Source: Okamejei kenojei
Lineage: Eukaryota
Assembly (NCBI GenBank): GCA_035221665.1
Contig: JAVHYY010000112.1
Coordinates: 620,001 to 684,000, forward strand
Direction: 5' to 3'
DNA length: 64,000 nt
Below are positions 13,038-26,541 of this stretch, piece by piece. Each line of letters starts with the position of its first letter. Position 1 is the first letter of the stretch. Under the pieces are notes generated by a model that ran no database searches, was not told the DNA's origin, and worked only from the letters and a program-made list of their open reading frames with translations. Both the position numbers and the translations under genes were made by a program.

Positions 13038-13432
13038 TCAGCGGCGGAATACAGAGAGAGAGTCAGAGAGAGGAGCTGAATGTAACCGATATATCTGGAA
13101 TTAATAGGCGGAAATGGAGCTGAAGTTGAAAATAGACCTTGACTTTAAATATCTGAGTAGACGTCAGTGGCCAGGTAAACATCAGCCGCCGATTTTAATT
13201 CTCACCATTACTCATACACACGAGCAGAACACAAACAAGCACAGCATAAAACTGTTTAAAAATCTCATTCATCTACTGTTGCCAATTTTTAAAAGTATAC
13301 TTTACGAAGCAGCAGCAGACGTACCAGTATAAAGACTGATGGACTGCCACCTATTCATGTGCTGGTGGGGGTGCACAAGATGCAGAAGGTGGGAGCTGCT
13401 CAGTTCCGCACTGGAGAAAAAAAATCTCCCCC

Positions 13433-13476
13433 TTCCCTGAACGGAAATCGAATCGGGACCACTGGACCATGAGGGA
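13433..13476 (-). pseudogene. Internally deleted tRNA-Glu-like remnant
   Basis: Minus strand TCCCTCATGGTCCAGTGGT-CCCGATTCGATTTCCGTTCAGGGAA resembles the 5' and 3' ends of vertebrate tRNA-Glu without the anticodon arm. A T8 run follows. Paralog at 57289-57331. Confidence 0.5.
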
Positions 13477-13529
13477 AACTGGCTTAATTGTTGTGCCTTA
13501 ATCTACGTAACTCATTCATAAAAACATGG

Positions 13530-14490
13530 AGACATAGAACATAGGTGCAGGAGTAGGCGATTCAGCCCTTCGAGCCTGCACCGCCATTCAATATGATCAT
13601 GGATGATAATCCAACTCAGTATCCCGCACCTGCCTTCTCCCCATACCCCCTGATCCCTTAGCCACAAGGGCCACATCTAACTCCCTCTTAAATATAGCCA
13701 ATTAAATGGCCTCAACTACCTTCTGTGGAAGAGAATTCCAGATATTCACCACACTCTGTGTGAAAAATGTTTTTCTCATCTCGGTCCTAAAAGATTTCTC
13801 CCTCATCCTTAAACTGTTACCCCTTGGCCTGGACTTCCCCAACATTGGGAACAATCTTCCCGCATCTAGCGTGTCCAACCCCTTAAGAATGTTGTAAGTT
13901 TCTATAAGACCACCCTCAATCTTCTAAATTCTAGCGTGTACAAGCCGAGTCTATCCAGTGTTCCTTCATATGAAAGTCCTGACATCCCAGGAATCAGTCT
14001 GGTGAACCTTCTCTGTACTCCCTCTATGGCAAGAATGTATTTCCTCAGATTTGGATACCAAAATGTACGCAATACTCCAGATGTGATCTCACCAAGATCA
14101 TGTACAACTGCAGTAGAACCTTCCTGCTCCTATATTCAAATGATTTTAATATGAATGCTAACATACCATTCACTTTCTTCACTGCCTGCACCTGCATGCC
14201 TACTTTCAATGACTGGTGTACCATGACATCCAGGTCTCGTTGCATCTCCCCTTTTCCTAATCGGCAACCATTCAGATAATTGTCTACTTTTCTGTTTTTG
14301 CCACCAAAGTGGATAACCTCACATTTATGCACATTATACTGCATCTGCCATGCATTTGCCCACTCACCCAGCCTATCCAAGTCACCTTGCAGCCTCCGAG
14401 CATCCTCCTCTCAGCTAAAACTGGCCTCAGCTTCGTGTCAACCGCAAACTGGGAGATGTTGCATTCAATGCCCTCGTCCAAATCATTAAT
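13530..14490 (-). mobile_element. CR1 LINE 3' fragment
   Basis: DRLGEWANAWQMQYNVHKCEVIHFGG; 3' UTR with a CATAGAA tail at about 13530. Confidence 0.85.
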
Positions 14491-14954
14491 GTATAATGAA
14501 CCTTTGGTGAGGGAGGAGCGACGTCCGAGCGATGAGTGTAACAACTCAGTAATCTGTTTCTCTTCGCACCAATCTTGCCTGATCTGCTGAGTGTTTCCAG
14601 CATTTTTTTTTCAAATCTTCACCATCTGCAGTTTTTTGATATTTTTTCATTGCCATCTGCCTGTTGTGTCTGCTTATTTCCATGTGCATTCTTCCAAGCC
14701 AAGATTATTATTGTTCAAGGGCACTATCACATTTTGAGGCAGCTTCCAAGTATTCTGATAAAAGGGACTGACTTGAAACTGAAATAGTGTAGTGTGTGTA
14801 AAATGGACAGGGGAATATGATGAGACTCAAAATAATGGACATAGTCTGGTGCAATCTTATGTCTCAGACCAGGGGGCATAGCTTTAAGTCGAGAGAGGCA
14901 AAGTTTAAAAATGATGTGCAGGGCAAGTGTTTTTTACTCGGTTGTGGGTGTTAT

Positions 14955-15235
14955 TTAAGTTTAGAGATACAGCGTGGAAATGGGCCCTTCGGTCTACCGA
15001 GTAGTCGAAATAGACCAGCGATCCCCGCACACTAACAATTTACTCCCAAACCAAGCCAAGCCAATTAACCTGTCGATCTTTTGAGTGTGGGAGGAAACTG
15101 AAGATCTGGGCGAAAAACCACGCATTCACGAGACAAACGTACAAACTCCGTGCAGACGGCACCCTTAGCTGTGTTCGAACTTCGGAATTTGGAATTGCAA
15201 GCGCTGCAAGGCAGCAACTATATCACTGCGTCACC
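14955..15235 (-). mobile_element. HE1-type V-SINE
   Basis: Same core as the other copies (GTGTGGGAGGAAACTGAAGATCT, CGTACAAACTCCG, GTTCGAAC B-box-like). Confidence 0.6.
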
Positions 15236-17039
15236 GAGCCTCAGGCAAGGGTGCCGGAAATATGCTACCAGAGACGGTGCTGGAGGCAGATACAATAATG
15301 GTGTTTAAGACGGTTTTAGGCAGGCACATGAACATGCAGGGAATGGATGGATATGGATCCTATGCTGGCAATGGTTAATCTTGGCATCATGTTCAGCAGG
15401 GGGATTGAGGACAGAAGGGCCTGTGCCTGTGCTGTCCTCTCTTCTATTTCTATGTTCCTTTGGAATATTTGATAAAATCACCTGTTGAATTGCAAAACTT
15501 CCATAATATTATTCCTCTTATAATGATAACATTTTAATCAGTAATAAACAATGAATGTGTGACAAGTTTAAGAATGCTTCTAAAATATACTTTTATACAA
15601 TGCACTGAAATATTCTGGCTAATTATTAAAGAATGTAGCTGATGTGCAGGGAATCAATCATGTTTTCTTTCTTCTCGAGGTGGATGTCTGTGTTTTGACA
15701 TTGCTGGAATGAATGAGCAGGTATGACGTATACAACGATGAATAATGCGCATGTTTGTTCAAAAAAGCAGGCTATGTATATATAGACTGAAATGCTTTGA
15801 TTTTTCGCATGTAACTTTTCTTACTAGGAGGGAGGTGTAGCACATATGAAATTCCTACCGACAATCAACCAGGTGACGTTTTTGTGATTGGTCTTCGATT
15901 TCATTTTGTCTATGATCCTCAAGGCTGGTCCTGCGTCGGAATAATCGCCTGCATTTGGCTGTACAATACATACTGCGTCCCCAAACGTATACTCTAGCCT
16001 CACTATGAAGAAGAACATGTATCAGCTGCTGCAATAGTCGGTAAGTAGCAAGTGAAGTACAAACTGCTGGAGTAACTCAGCAAGTCAGGAAGCGTCTCTG
16101 GAGGAATTAGTAGGTGACATTTTGGGTTGGGATCATCCTTTAGGCTGATGTTATTATGGAGGATTAAATGGACAAGAAGTTAGGGTGGGACAGAGCTTGG
16201 CAAATGATAGGTGGATACAGGTGTGGGAGTGGGGAGTTTGATTGGCCAATGGGTGGACAAAGGCTAGAGATATCACAGAGACAAAAGAGTGTCAGATAAG
16301 GAGAAAAGAGGCGTGGAATGAAAAGTCAGTGTTAGGGTTTAAGGGGAAGGTGAGAAAAGGGGGAAAGGGGGTAGGATAGGAGAAGATAAAAGTGCGCACC
16401 ATGATGGGGGAAACATTGTAAAGAGGGGTCTTGTGATTGAAAATAAGTGGACATTTGTTGTGGCGCACTCGGGTTGGCAATAAATGATATGCAATGCAAA
16501 ATGATGAGGAGACTTCTCCATTCAGGTTGGTCCTGCGTTGGATCTGCTTGGAAGTATATTAATTGTGAATAATTTGTAGCTCTGATGAAATTTTGCCAAG
16601 AATATTGGACAGGAGCTTTTTTTTCTAGTTGGTGAATTATTTATCAAAACAATAATTACAAGTGATAAAGTAAGATGATATCAGTGAAGCCTTTTATTTT
16701 GAAATTATTTGATTTCTGGGTAGTTGCCAGCTCTGACTCAATAGTTCAACTGTGCTTTATTTGTCACATAAGCAACTGCACAGTGATATTCTTTTTGCAT
16801 ATATCACAGATGCAGGCGCCACCATTGTTGGTGGCATTATTTAAAGTTCAAATTCCGGTTGGCCCGCCCGCTCAATGTACTGGAGCTGTTCCCGCGAACA
16901 AACGTCCCAGGAGGCGAAACGTTCTAAATCCGTAACGTTCTAAATCCGTAACGCTCCATTCAATTAACTGCGCTTGAGGAAACCGCTGATTGGTGGACTT
17001 GAGTACGCAGCTGATTGGCAGTCAGATTCCAGCAGTTTG

Positions 17040-20000
17040 TAGAGTACTGTACTTTGTAGTTTGTATTGTATATTGTATTTTGTGTTGTATCCAGGATAAG
17101 GGAAGTATGAGTGCCAGGGCAGCTTACTGTTCTGGATGTAAGATGTGGGAGGTCATGGAGTCATGCATAGCCCTCCAGACGTCCACATATGCGCCTGGTG
17201 TGTCGAGATGGGGTTCCTAAAGGAGTGTGTTAGGAACGTGGAGCAGCAGCTCGATGACCTCGATGGTCGGGGAGAGTGAGGACGTCATAGAGAGGAGGTA
17301 CAGGGAGGTAGTCTCTCCAAAACCACAGGAGGCAGACACGTGGGTCACGGTTAGGAGAGGCAAGGGGCAGAGGCGGGGGCTATACACCTTGTGGCTGTTC
17401 ACCTTGAAAATAAGTACCCCTGTTTGAGTGCTGTTGGGGGGACAGCCTATCTGGGAGTAGCAACAGCGACCTATCCTGCGGTACAGAGACCGGCCCTGTT
17501 GCTCAGATGGATAAGGACAAGAAGAGGAGGGCATTAGTAATAGGGGACTCTATAGTTAGGGGGTCAGATTGGCGATTCTGTGGACGCAGTCCGGAGACCC
17601 GGATGGTAGTTTGTATCCCAGGTGCCAGGGTCCAGGATGCGTCTGAACGTGTCCAAGATATCCTGAAAAGTGAGGGAGAGGAGCCTGAGGTCGTGTTACA
17701 TATTGGTACCAATGACATAGGTAAAAAAAGAGAAGAGATCCTGAAAGGAAAATTTAGGGAGTTAGGAAGAGAGTTAAGGAAAAGGACCGCAAAGATAACA
17801 ATCTCCGGATTACTTCCTATGCCTCGCGACGGCGAGAGTAGGAATGGAGCAAGGAGGAGGATAAATGCCTGGCTGAAGGACTGGTGCAGATGGCAGAGAT
17901 TCAAGTTTCTGGATCAATGGAACCACTTTTGGGGAAGGAGAGACCTGTATAAAAAGGACGGGTTGCACTTGAACCCGAGGAGGACCAGTATCCTGGCCAC
18001 GAAATTTGCGAAGGATACTGGGGGAACTTAAACTAGAACGGTTGGGGGGAGGGACTTAAATGGAGAAAGCTAATAGACAGGGTCTGAGGCAGGAGACAGA
18101 GAAGGGAAGCACTCAGACCCAACATGTGGGGGGGGGGGGGGGGGGGGGTGGGGGGGGGGGGGGAGGAAGAAACAAATAATAAACAGATAAAAAGAGGTGG
18201 TGGGTTTCCAGGGCAAAAATCAGAAGGGGCCACTTGTCAACATAATTGTATAAGGAGTAAGAGTGTTGCAAAAACAAGCCTGAAGGCTTTGTGTCTCAAT
18301 GCGAGGAACATTCGTAATAAGGTGGACGAGTTGAATGTGCAGATAGCTATTAGTGACTATGCCATAGTTGGGATCACGGAGACATTGCTCCAGGAGGACC
18401 AAGGCTGGGAGTTGAACATCCAGGACTATTCAATATTCAAGGGGATAGACAAAAAGGAAAGGAGGTGGGGTCGCGTTGCTGGTGAGAGAGGGGATTAATG
18501 CTATAGAAAGGAAGGACGTTAGCTTGGAGGATGTGGAATGGATATGGGTAGAGCTGCGAAACTCTAAGGGGCAGAAAACGCTAGTGGGTGTTAGCCACCT
18601 AACAGTAGTAGTGTAGTTGGGGATGGCATCAAACAGTAGTAGTGGAGTAGGGGATGGCATCAAACAGGGACTTAGAAATGCGTGCAACAAGTGTACAACT
18701 GTTATAATGGGTCACTTCAATCTACCTATAGATGGGTGAATAAAATGGGCAGGGGTGCTGAGGAAGAGGATTTATTGGAATGTATGCGGGATAGTTTTCT
18801 AAACCAACATGTCGAGGAACCAACGAGAGAGCAGGCTATTCTAGACTGGGTATTGAGTAATGAGGACGAGTTTGTTCGCAGTCTTGTTGTGCGTGGCCCC
18901 TTGCGCAAGAGTGACCATAATATGGTTGAGTTCGTCATTAGGATGGAGAGTGATATAAATAAGTCAGAAACAAGGGTTTCTAAACGGGAATTACAGACCA
19001 GTTAGTCCAACATCTGTAGTGGGGAAATTGCTAGAGTCGGTTATTAAAGATGGGATAGCAGCACATTTGGAAAGTGATGAAATAATTGCAAAAAGTCAGC
19101 ATGGATTTACGAAAGGTAAATCATGTCTAACGAATCGTATAGACTTTTTCGAGGATGTAACTACTAGAGTGGATATGGGAGAACCACTGGATGTGTTATA
19201 TTTAGGTTTTCAGAAGGCTTTCGCCAAGGTCCCACATAAGGGATTAGTATACAATCTTAAAGCACACGGTATTGGGGGTTCGGTATTGATGTGGATAGAG
19301 AACTGGCTGGCAGACAGGAAGCAAAGGGTAGGAGTTCACGGATTATTTTGAGAATGGCAGGCCGTGACTAGTGGGGTGCCGCAAGGCTCAGTGCTGGGAC
19401 CCCAGCTATTTACAATATATATTAATGATTTGCACGAGGAAATTGACTGCAACATCTCCAAGTTTGCGGATGATACTAAGCTGGGTTGCAGTGTTAGGTC
19501 TGAGGAGGATGCTAGGAGGCTGCAAGGTGACTTGGATAGGCTGGGCGAGTGGGCAAATGCATGGCAGATGCAGTATAATGTGGATCCATGTGAGATTATC
19601 CACTTTGGTGGCAAAAACAGGAGGGTAGAATATTATCTGAATTGTGCCAAATTAGGAAAAGGGGAGATGCAACGAAACCTGGGCGTCATGGTACACCAGT
19701 CATTGAAAGTAGGCATGTAGGTGCATCAGGCAGTGAAGAAAGCAAATGGTATGTGAGCATTCATAGCGAAAGGATTTGTGAATAGGAGCAGTGTGGTTCT
19801 ACTGAAGTTGTGCAGGGTTTTGGTGAGACCACACCTGGAGCATTGCGTACAGTTTTGGTCTCCAAATCTGAGGAAATACATATTTGCCATTGTGGAGGTA
19901 CAGAGAACGTTCACGAGACTGATTCCCGGGATGTCAGGACTTTCAAATGAGGAAAGACTGCATAAACTTGGCTTGTACTCGTTAGAATTTAGAAGACTGA

Positions 20001-20396
20001 GGGGGGATCTTATAGAAACTTACAAAATTCATAAGGAGTTGGATCGGCTAGATGCAGGAAGATTGTTCCCGATGTTGGGGTGGTCCAGAACAAGAGGTCA
20101 CAGTCTAAGGATAAGGGGGAATTCCTTAAGGACCGAGATGAGGAAAACATTTTTCACACAGCGAGTGGTGAATCTCTGGAATTCTCTGCCAGATAAGGTA
20201 GTTGAGGCCAGTTCATTGGCTATATTTAAGAGGGAGTTAGATGTGGCCCTTGTGGCAAAAGGGATCAGGGGATATGGAGAGAAGGCAGGTACAGGATACT
20301 GAGTGATCAGCCATGATCATATTGAATGGCGGTGCAGGCTCGAAGGGCCGAATGGCCTACCCCTGCACCTTTTTTCTATGTTTCTATGTTTCTATG
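17040..20396 (+). mobile_element. CR1 LINE, long degenerate copy with an internal ORF2 deletion (ORF1 zinc finger/SGNH esterase; ORF2 EN + RT)
   Basis: ORF1 esterase motifs VIGDSIVRG, HIGTND and KDGLHLN; EN GITET and SDHNMV; RT GVPQGSVLGP and FADDTK; (TTTCTATG)n tail. The sequence jumps from EN to RT near 18975. Confidence 0.9.
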
Positions 20397-20735
20397 TAAA
20401 TAGCTGTGGTCCCAGCACTGAGCATTGCTGTACCCTACTAGTCACTGCCTGCCATTGTGAAAAGGACCCGTATACTACTACTCTTTGCTTCCTGTTTGCC
20501 AGCCAGTTCTCTATCCGCATAAATACTGAACCCCCAATACCGTGTGCTTTAAGTTTGTATCCTAATCTCTTATGCGGGACCATGTCGAACGCCTTCTGAA
20601 AGTCCAGATATAACACTTCCACTGGTTCTCCCTTTTTCACTCTACTAGTTACATCCTCGAAAAGTTCTATAAGAATCGTCAGACATGATTTACATTTCGT
20701 AAATCTACGCTGACTTTGTCCAATGATTTCACCAC
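20397..20735 (-). mobile_element. CR1 RT fragment
   Basis: YLDFQKAFDMVPHKRL...WQAVTS. Confidence 0.8.
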
Positions 20736-20737
20736 TT

Positions 20738-20930
20738 TCCATGGAGGAGGCCCAGAACATAGTGAGCACCACCGCAAATTGGAGGAGCGGCACCTCATAT
20801 TTCGCTTGGGTAGTTTACACTCCAGCGGTATGAATATTGACTTCTCCAATGTCACGTAGTCTTTGCTTTCTCCCTCCATCCCCTCCCCTTCGCAGCTCTC
20901 CAATAACCCACTTTCACCGCCTCTTCCATT
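20738..20930 (+). repeat. Penelope-like element C-terminal fragment
   Basis: HRKLEERHLIFRLGSLHSSGMNIDFSN. The uninterrupted paralog is at 57378-57660. Confidence 0.55.
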
Positions 20931-20934
20931 CTTC

Positions 20935-23900
20935 AGCTAAAATCCTTGCTTTGCATTGTATTGTATATTGTATTGTATCCAGGGTAAGGGGGAGGATGAA
21001 TGCCAGGGCAGTTTACAGTTGTGGATGTCAGATGTGGGTGGTCATCCAGTCAGATAGCTCTCCAGACGTCCACATCTGCGCCATGTGCGTCAAGATGGCG
21101 CTCCAAATGGACCGTATTCGGTACTTGGAGCAGCAGCTCGATGACCTCCGTCTGGTCAGGGAGAGTGAGGAAGCCATAGAGAGGAGCTACGGACAGGTGG
21201 TCACTCCAAAACTACAGGAGGCAGAAAAGTGGGTCACGGTTAGGAGAGGCAAGGGGCAGAGGCGGGGACTAGGGAATACACCGGTGGCTGTGCACCTTGG
21301 CAATAAGTACTCCTGTTTGAGTACTGATGGGGGGCACAGCCTACCTGGGGGTAGCAACAGCGACCAGGCCTCCGGTACAAAGACCGGCCCTGTTGCTCAG
21401 AAGGGTAAGGAAAAGAAGAGGAGGGCAGCAGTAATAGGGGACTCTATAGTTAGGGGGTCAGATAGGCGATTCTGCGGATGCAGTCAGGAGACCCGGATGG
21501 TAGTTTGCCTCCCTGGTGCCAGGGTCCGGAATGTGACTGAACGGGTCCAAGATATCTTGAAATGGGAGGAAGTGGAGCCAGAGGTTGTGGTACATATAGG
21601 TACCAATGACATAGGTAGAAAAAGAGAGGAGGTTCTGAAAGGAGAATTTAGGGAGTTAGGAAGAGTGTTAAGGAGACGGACCGCAAAGGTAACAATCTCA
21701 GGATTACTGCCTGTGCCACGCGACAATGAGAGTCGGAATGGAACAAGGTGGAGGATAAATGCGTGGCTAAAGGACTGGTGCAGAGCGCAGAGATTCAAGT
21801 TTCTGGATCCTTGGGACCTCTTTTGGGGAACGTGTTACCTGTACAAAAAGGACGGGTTGCACTTGAACCCAAGGGGAACCAATATCGAGCCGGGGAGATG
21901 TGCAAAGGCTACTGGGGATACTTTAAACTAGATCGGTTGGGGGGAGGGACTCAAATAGCGAAGGCAAGTAGTCCGTGTGTGAGGCAGGAGGCAGAGAAGA
22001 GAAGCAGTCAGGAGCAACACGTTGGGAGGAAAGAAGATAAAAATAACAAACGGAGAATAAGAAGTGGAGGGTGTCCTAAATGTGTGAGCAGAGAGACAGA
22101 GGGGTGTAAAATGAGGATAGGAGCAATAGGTAGCGAGGTGAAAAGTGGCAGGAAAACAAATCCAGGGCAAAAATCTAAAAGGGCCACTTTTCAACATAAC
22201 TGTAAAAGGGCCAAGAGTGTTGTAAAAACAAGCCTGAGCATTCGTAATAAGGTGGATGAGTTGAATGTGCAGATAGCTATTAATAATTATGATATAGTTG
22301 GGATCACGGAGACATGGCTCCAGGTTGACCAAGGCTGGGAGCTGAACATCCAGGGATATTCAATATTCAGAAAGGATAGACAGAGAGGAAAAGGAGGTGG
22401 GGTAGCGTTGCTGGTTAGAGAGGAGATTAACGCAATAGACATTAGCTTGGAGGATGTGGAATCGATATGGGTGGAGCTGCGAAACACCAAGTGGCAGAAA
22501 ACGCTAGTGGGTGTTGTGTACAGGCCACCTAACAGTAGTAGTGGAGTTGGGGATAGCATCAAACAGGACATTAGAAATGCGTGCAACGAAGGTAAAACCG
22601 TTATAATGGGTGACTTCAATCTACATATAGATTGGGTGAATCAAATTGGCAGGGGTGTTGAGGAAGAGGATTTCTTGGAATGTATGGGGGACAGTTTTCT
22701 AAACCATCAAGTGGAGGAACCAACGAGGGAGCAGGCTATTCTAGATTGGATATTGAGTAATGAGGAAATTTTAGTTAGCAGCCTTGTTGTACGTGGCCCC
22801 TTGGGCAAGAGTGACCATAATATGGTTGAGTTCTTCATTAGGATGGAGAGTGACATTGTTAATTCAGAAACACGGGTCCTGAACTTAAAGAAAGGTAACT
22901 TTGAGGGTATGATACGTGAATTCGCCATGATGGACTGGCAATTGATTCTTGAAGGGTTGACGGTGGATATGCAATGGAAGGCATTTAAAGACTGCATGGA
23001 TGAACTACAGCAATTGTTCATCCCAGTATGGCAAAATAATAAATCAGGGAAGGTGGCGCATCCGTGGATAACGAGGGAAATCAGGGATAGTATCAAAGAA
23101 AAAGATGATGCGTACAAATTAGCCAGAAAAAGCAGCCTACGATGGGACTGGGATAAATTCAGAGACCAACAGAGGAGGACAAAGGGCTTAATTAGAAAAG
23201 GGAAAATGGAGTATGAAAGATAAACTGGCAGGAAACATAAAGACTGACTGCAAAAGTTTTTCTCGATATGTGAAGCGCAAAAGATTAGTTAAAACAAATG
23301 TAGGTCCTTTGCTGTCAGAAACGGGTGAATTGATCATGGGGAACAAGGACATGGCAGACCAATTGAATAACTACTTTGGTTCTGTCTTCACTAAGGAAGA
23401 CATAAATAATTTGCCGGAAATAGCAGGGGATCGCGGGTCAAATGAGATGGAGGAAATGAGTGAAATCCAGGTTAGCCGGAAAGTGGGGTTGGGTAAATTG
23501 AATGGATTAAAGGCTGATAAATCGTCAGGGCCAGAGAGGCTTCATCCCAGGGTACTTAAGTAAGTAGCCCCAGAAATAGCAGATGCCTTAGTGATAATTT
23601 TTCAAAACTCTTTAGATTCTGGAGTAGTTCCTGAGGATTGGAGGGTAGCTAATGTAACCCCACTTTTTAAAAAGGGAGAGAGAGAGATAAAACGGGGAAT
23701 TACAGACCAGTTAGTCTAACATCGGTAGTGGGGAAATTGCTAGAGTCAATTATTAAAGATGGGATAGCAGCGCATTTGGAAATTGGTTAAATCATTGGAC
23801 AAAGTCAGCATGGATTTACGAAGGGTAAATCATGACTGACGAATCTTATTGAATTTTTTGAGGATGTAACTAGTAGAGTGGATAAGGGAGAAGCAGTGGA

Positions 23901-25108
23901 TGTGTTGTATCTGGACTTTCAGAAGGTTTTCGACAAGGTTCCACACAAGAGATTGGTATACAAACTTAAAGCACATGGCATTGGTGGGTCAGTATTGATG
24001 TGGATAGAGAACTGGCTGGCAGACAGGAAGCAAAGAGTAGGAGTAAACGGGTCCTTTTCAGGATGGCAGTCAGTGACTAGTGGGGTGCCGCAAGGCTCAG
24101 TGCTGGGACCCCTGCTATTTACAATTTACATTAATGATTTGGACGAGGGAATTAAATGCAACATCTCGAGGTTTGCGGATGACACGAAGCTGGGAGGCAG
24201 TGTTAGCTGTGAGGTGGATGCTAGGAGGCTGCAGGATGACTTGGATAGACTGGGTGAGTGGGCAAATGCATGGCAGACGCATTATAATGTGGATCAATGT
24301 GAGGTTATCCACTTTGGTGGCAAAAAACAGGAAGGTAGACTATTATTTGAATGGTGACCGATTAGGAAAACGGGAGATGCAGCGAGTTCTGGGTGTCATG
24401 GTACACTAATAATTGAAAGTAGGCATGCAGGTGCAGCAGGCTGTGAAGAAAGCGAATGGTATGTTGGCATTCATAGCAAAAGGATTTGAGTACACGAGCA
24501 GGGAGGTTCTACTGCAGTTGTACAGGGTGTTGGTGAGGCCACACCTAGAATATTTCGTGCAGTTTTGGTCTCCTAATCTGAGGAAATACATTCTTGCCAT
24601 AGAGGGAGTACAGAGAAGGTTCACCAGACTGATTCCTGGGATGGCACATATTCCATATGAGGAACGACTGGATAGACTTGGCTTGTACTCGCTGGAATTT
24701 AGAAGATTGAGGGGTGATCTCATAGAGACTTACACAATTCTTAAAGGGTTGGACAGGCTAGATGCAGGAAGATTGTTCCCGATGTTGGGGAAATCCAGGA
24801 CAAGGGGTCAGAGTTTAAGGATAAGGGGGAAGTATTTTAGGACCGAAATGAGAAAATCTTTTTTCACACAGACAGTGGTGAATCTGTGGAATTCTCTGCC
24901 ACAGAAGGTAGTTGAGGCCAGTTCGTTTGCCATATTTAAGAGGGAGTTGGATGTGGCCCTTGTGGCTGAAGGGATCAGGGGGTATGGAGAGAAGGCAGGT
25001 ACAGGATACTGAGTTGGATGATCAGCCATGATCATATTGAATGGCGGTGCAAGCTCGAAGGGCCGAATGGCCTGCTCCTGCACCTAATTTCTATGTTTCT
25101 ATGTTTCT
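20935..25108 (+). mobile_element. Near full-length CR1 LINE; ORF1 open, ORF2 frameshifted with stops
   Basis: ORF1 about 20997-21931 (CxxC..CxxC, coiled coil, SGNH esterase); ORF2 pieces 21748-25012 with APE endonuclease and RT motifs; (TTTCTATG)n tail. The empty site is visible at about 57570. Confidence 0.92.
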
Positions 25109-25199
25109 TTCCGCCCCTACCCACACATCAGTCTGCAGAAGGGTCTCGACCCAGAACGTTACCTTACCCTTCTCTCCATAGATCACCGGTCGCCAGGCT

Positions 25200-26100
25200 C
25201 CACTCCCCCCCATCTCCAGGACCTTCATGTATTCACCCACGAGGGTATCCCAGAAAACTCCACCGTCAGGCAATCCGGCTGGGGATTTCCCACCCACAGT
25301 CAACTCCTCCAATGAAAAAGCGTCGTCAAGGAGTTCAAACATCTCTATATCCACAGTCAGTAGATCGTTCCACAGGACCAGCTGAACATTCCCGCTGAAT
25401 CCGTCAGCGGAGAACAGAGATCCACAAAATGACCGAACTAAAGCACTGATCTTCTCTGGATGTTTGACAGAGGAGCCGTCATTCCCGAGCAGCTCGAAGA
25501 GCTGTTTGCAGAATCTCCGCCCTTTCTCCAGAGAGAGAAATAAAGGTGATGCGCGGACCAGAAAGTGCAGCATCTGGACCCGCGACTTCACGTAAGCTTC
25601 TTGGGACCGCTCAAGCTGCAGATCCCCCCATGCTTCCTTCCTCCCATGATATTCTCGCCACTCACAGGAGTCCTCACCAATCCGACCCAAGCGAGACTCT
25701 GCCTGGAGTAATTGTCTGCGCCTCGCCCCCCTTCTGGTCGAACCCGGCGTGAACTCCTGACACAAAAATGTAAGTCTTTCCCACATTCCACCACTGCCTA
25801 AGGGAAGGGATACCCCTCCGCCTCTCTCGTCACTTCATCCAAAACCGACTGAATGACTCCTGGAATCGGCTACCCTACAGCAGCTGGTTATTAAAGTGCC
25901 AGAACGCTGACCCAGAAGGTGTGCGCGCTAGAAAAAAGTCCACTCACAAAAGACAGTGGTCCGAGCACCTGCCACACAAAGGCCACGAGACATGAGAGAC
26001 ATAAGCTCCGGAGATGTACAGGCGATCGATACAGGAACAACCCCCTCAGATCTGCGCGAAAAACCGTTGGAATCAGGGTGGAGTTGAAAGAAAAATAGCA
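25200..26100 (-). mobile_element. Tx1/L1-clade non-LTR ORF2 remnant
   Basis: AYVKSRVQ...ASPLFLSLEK linker motif typical of Tx1-like ORF2. Paralog at about 57680-58480. Confidence 0.65.
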
Positions 26101-26541
26101 AAGATTCATACAACATTTTTACACCTTTAGTTAGCTGGAAAGAAACTTCTAAATGCGTTTCACGAGAGATCAGCAAGTTATAAAAATCCCACATAGTAAG
26201 GATATGAGGAGTTGATCGGGAGACTCATCAATATTTTTATGCGACATGCAATATACTTTCAATGGGGACAACAGCGGAGAAGGTATGATTTTAGCTACTG
26301 AATCACGTGAGTGACTACGTGAAGAACCCGCCTCACGCTGGTAACGGCATGACGTCGACGCTGACGGCAGAAGGTGGAGCTGCAGTAAGGAGCAGCTCCT
26401 CGCAGCGGTCGGAACGGCCCGCAGGTAAGTGAAGTTACATCGGCGCGGGTTTTAGGTTACGCTGGATGTTTCAACAGCGAAACCAAAAGTAAAATTTAGA
26501 CGCTAACGTGCTGATGAGCACAAGATAAAAATTTTAACAAA

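Noticed and set aside
18129-18163. Long poly-G tract as a functional G-quadruplex
   Set aside because: It lies inside a decayed CR1 and is absent from the sister copy; slippage or a sequencing artifact is more likely.
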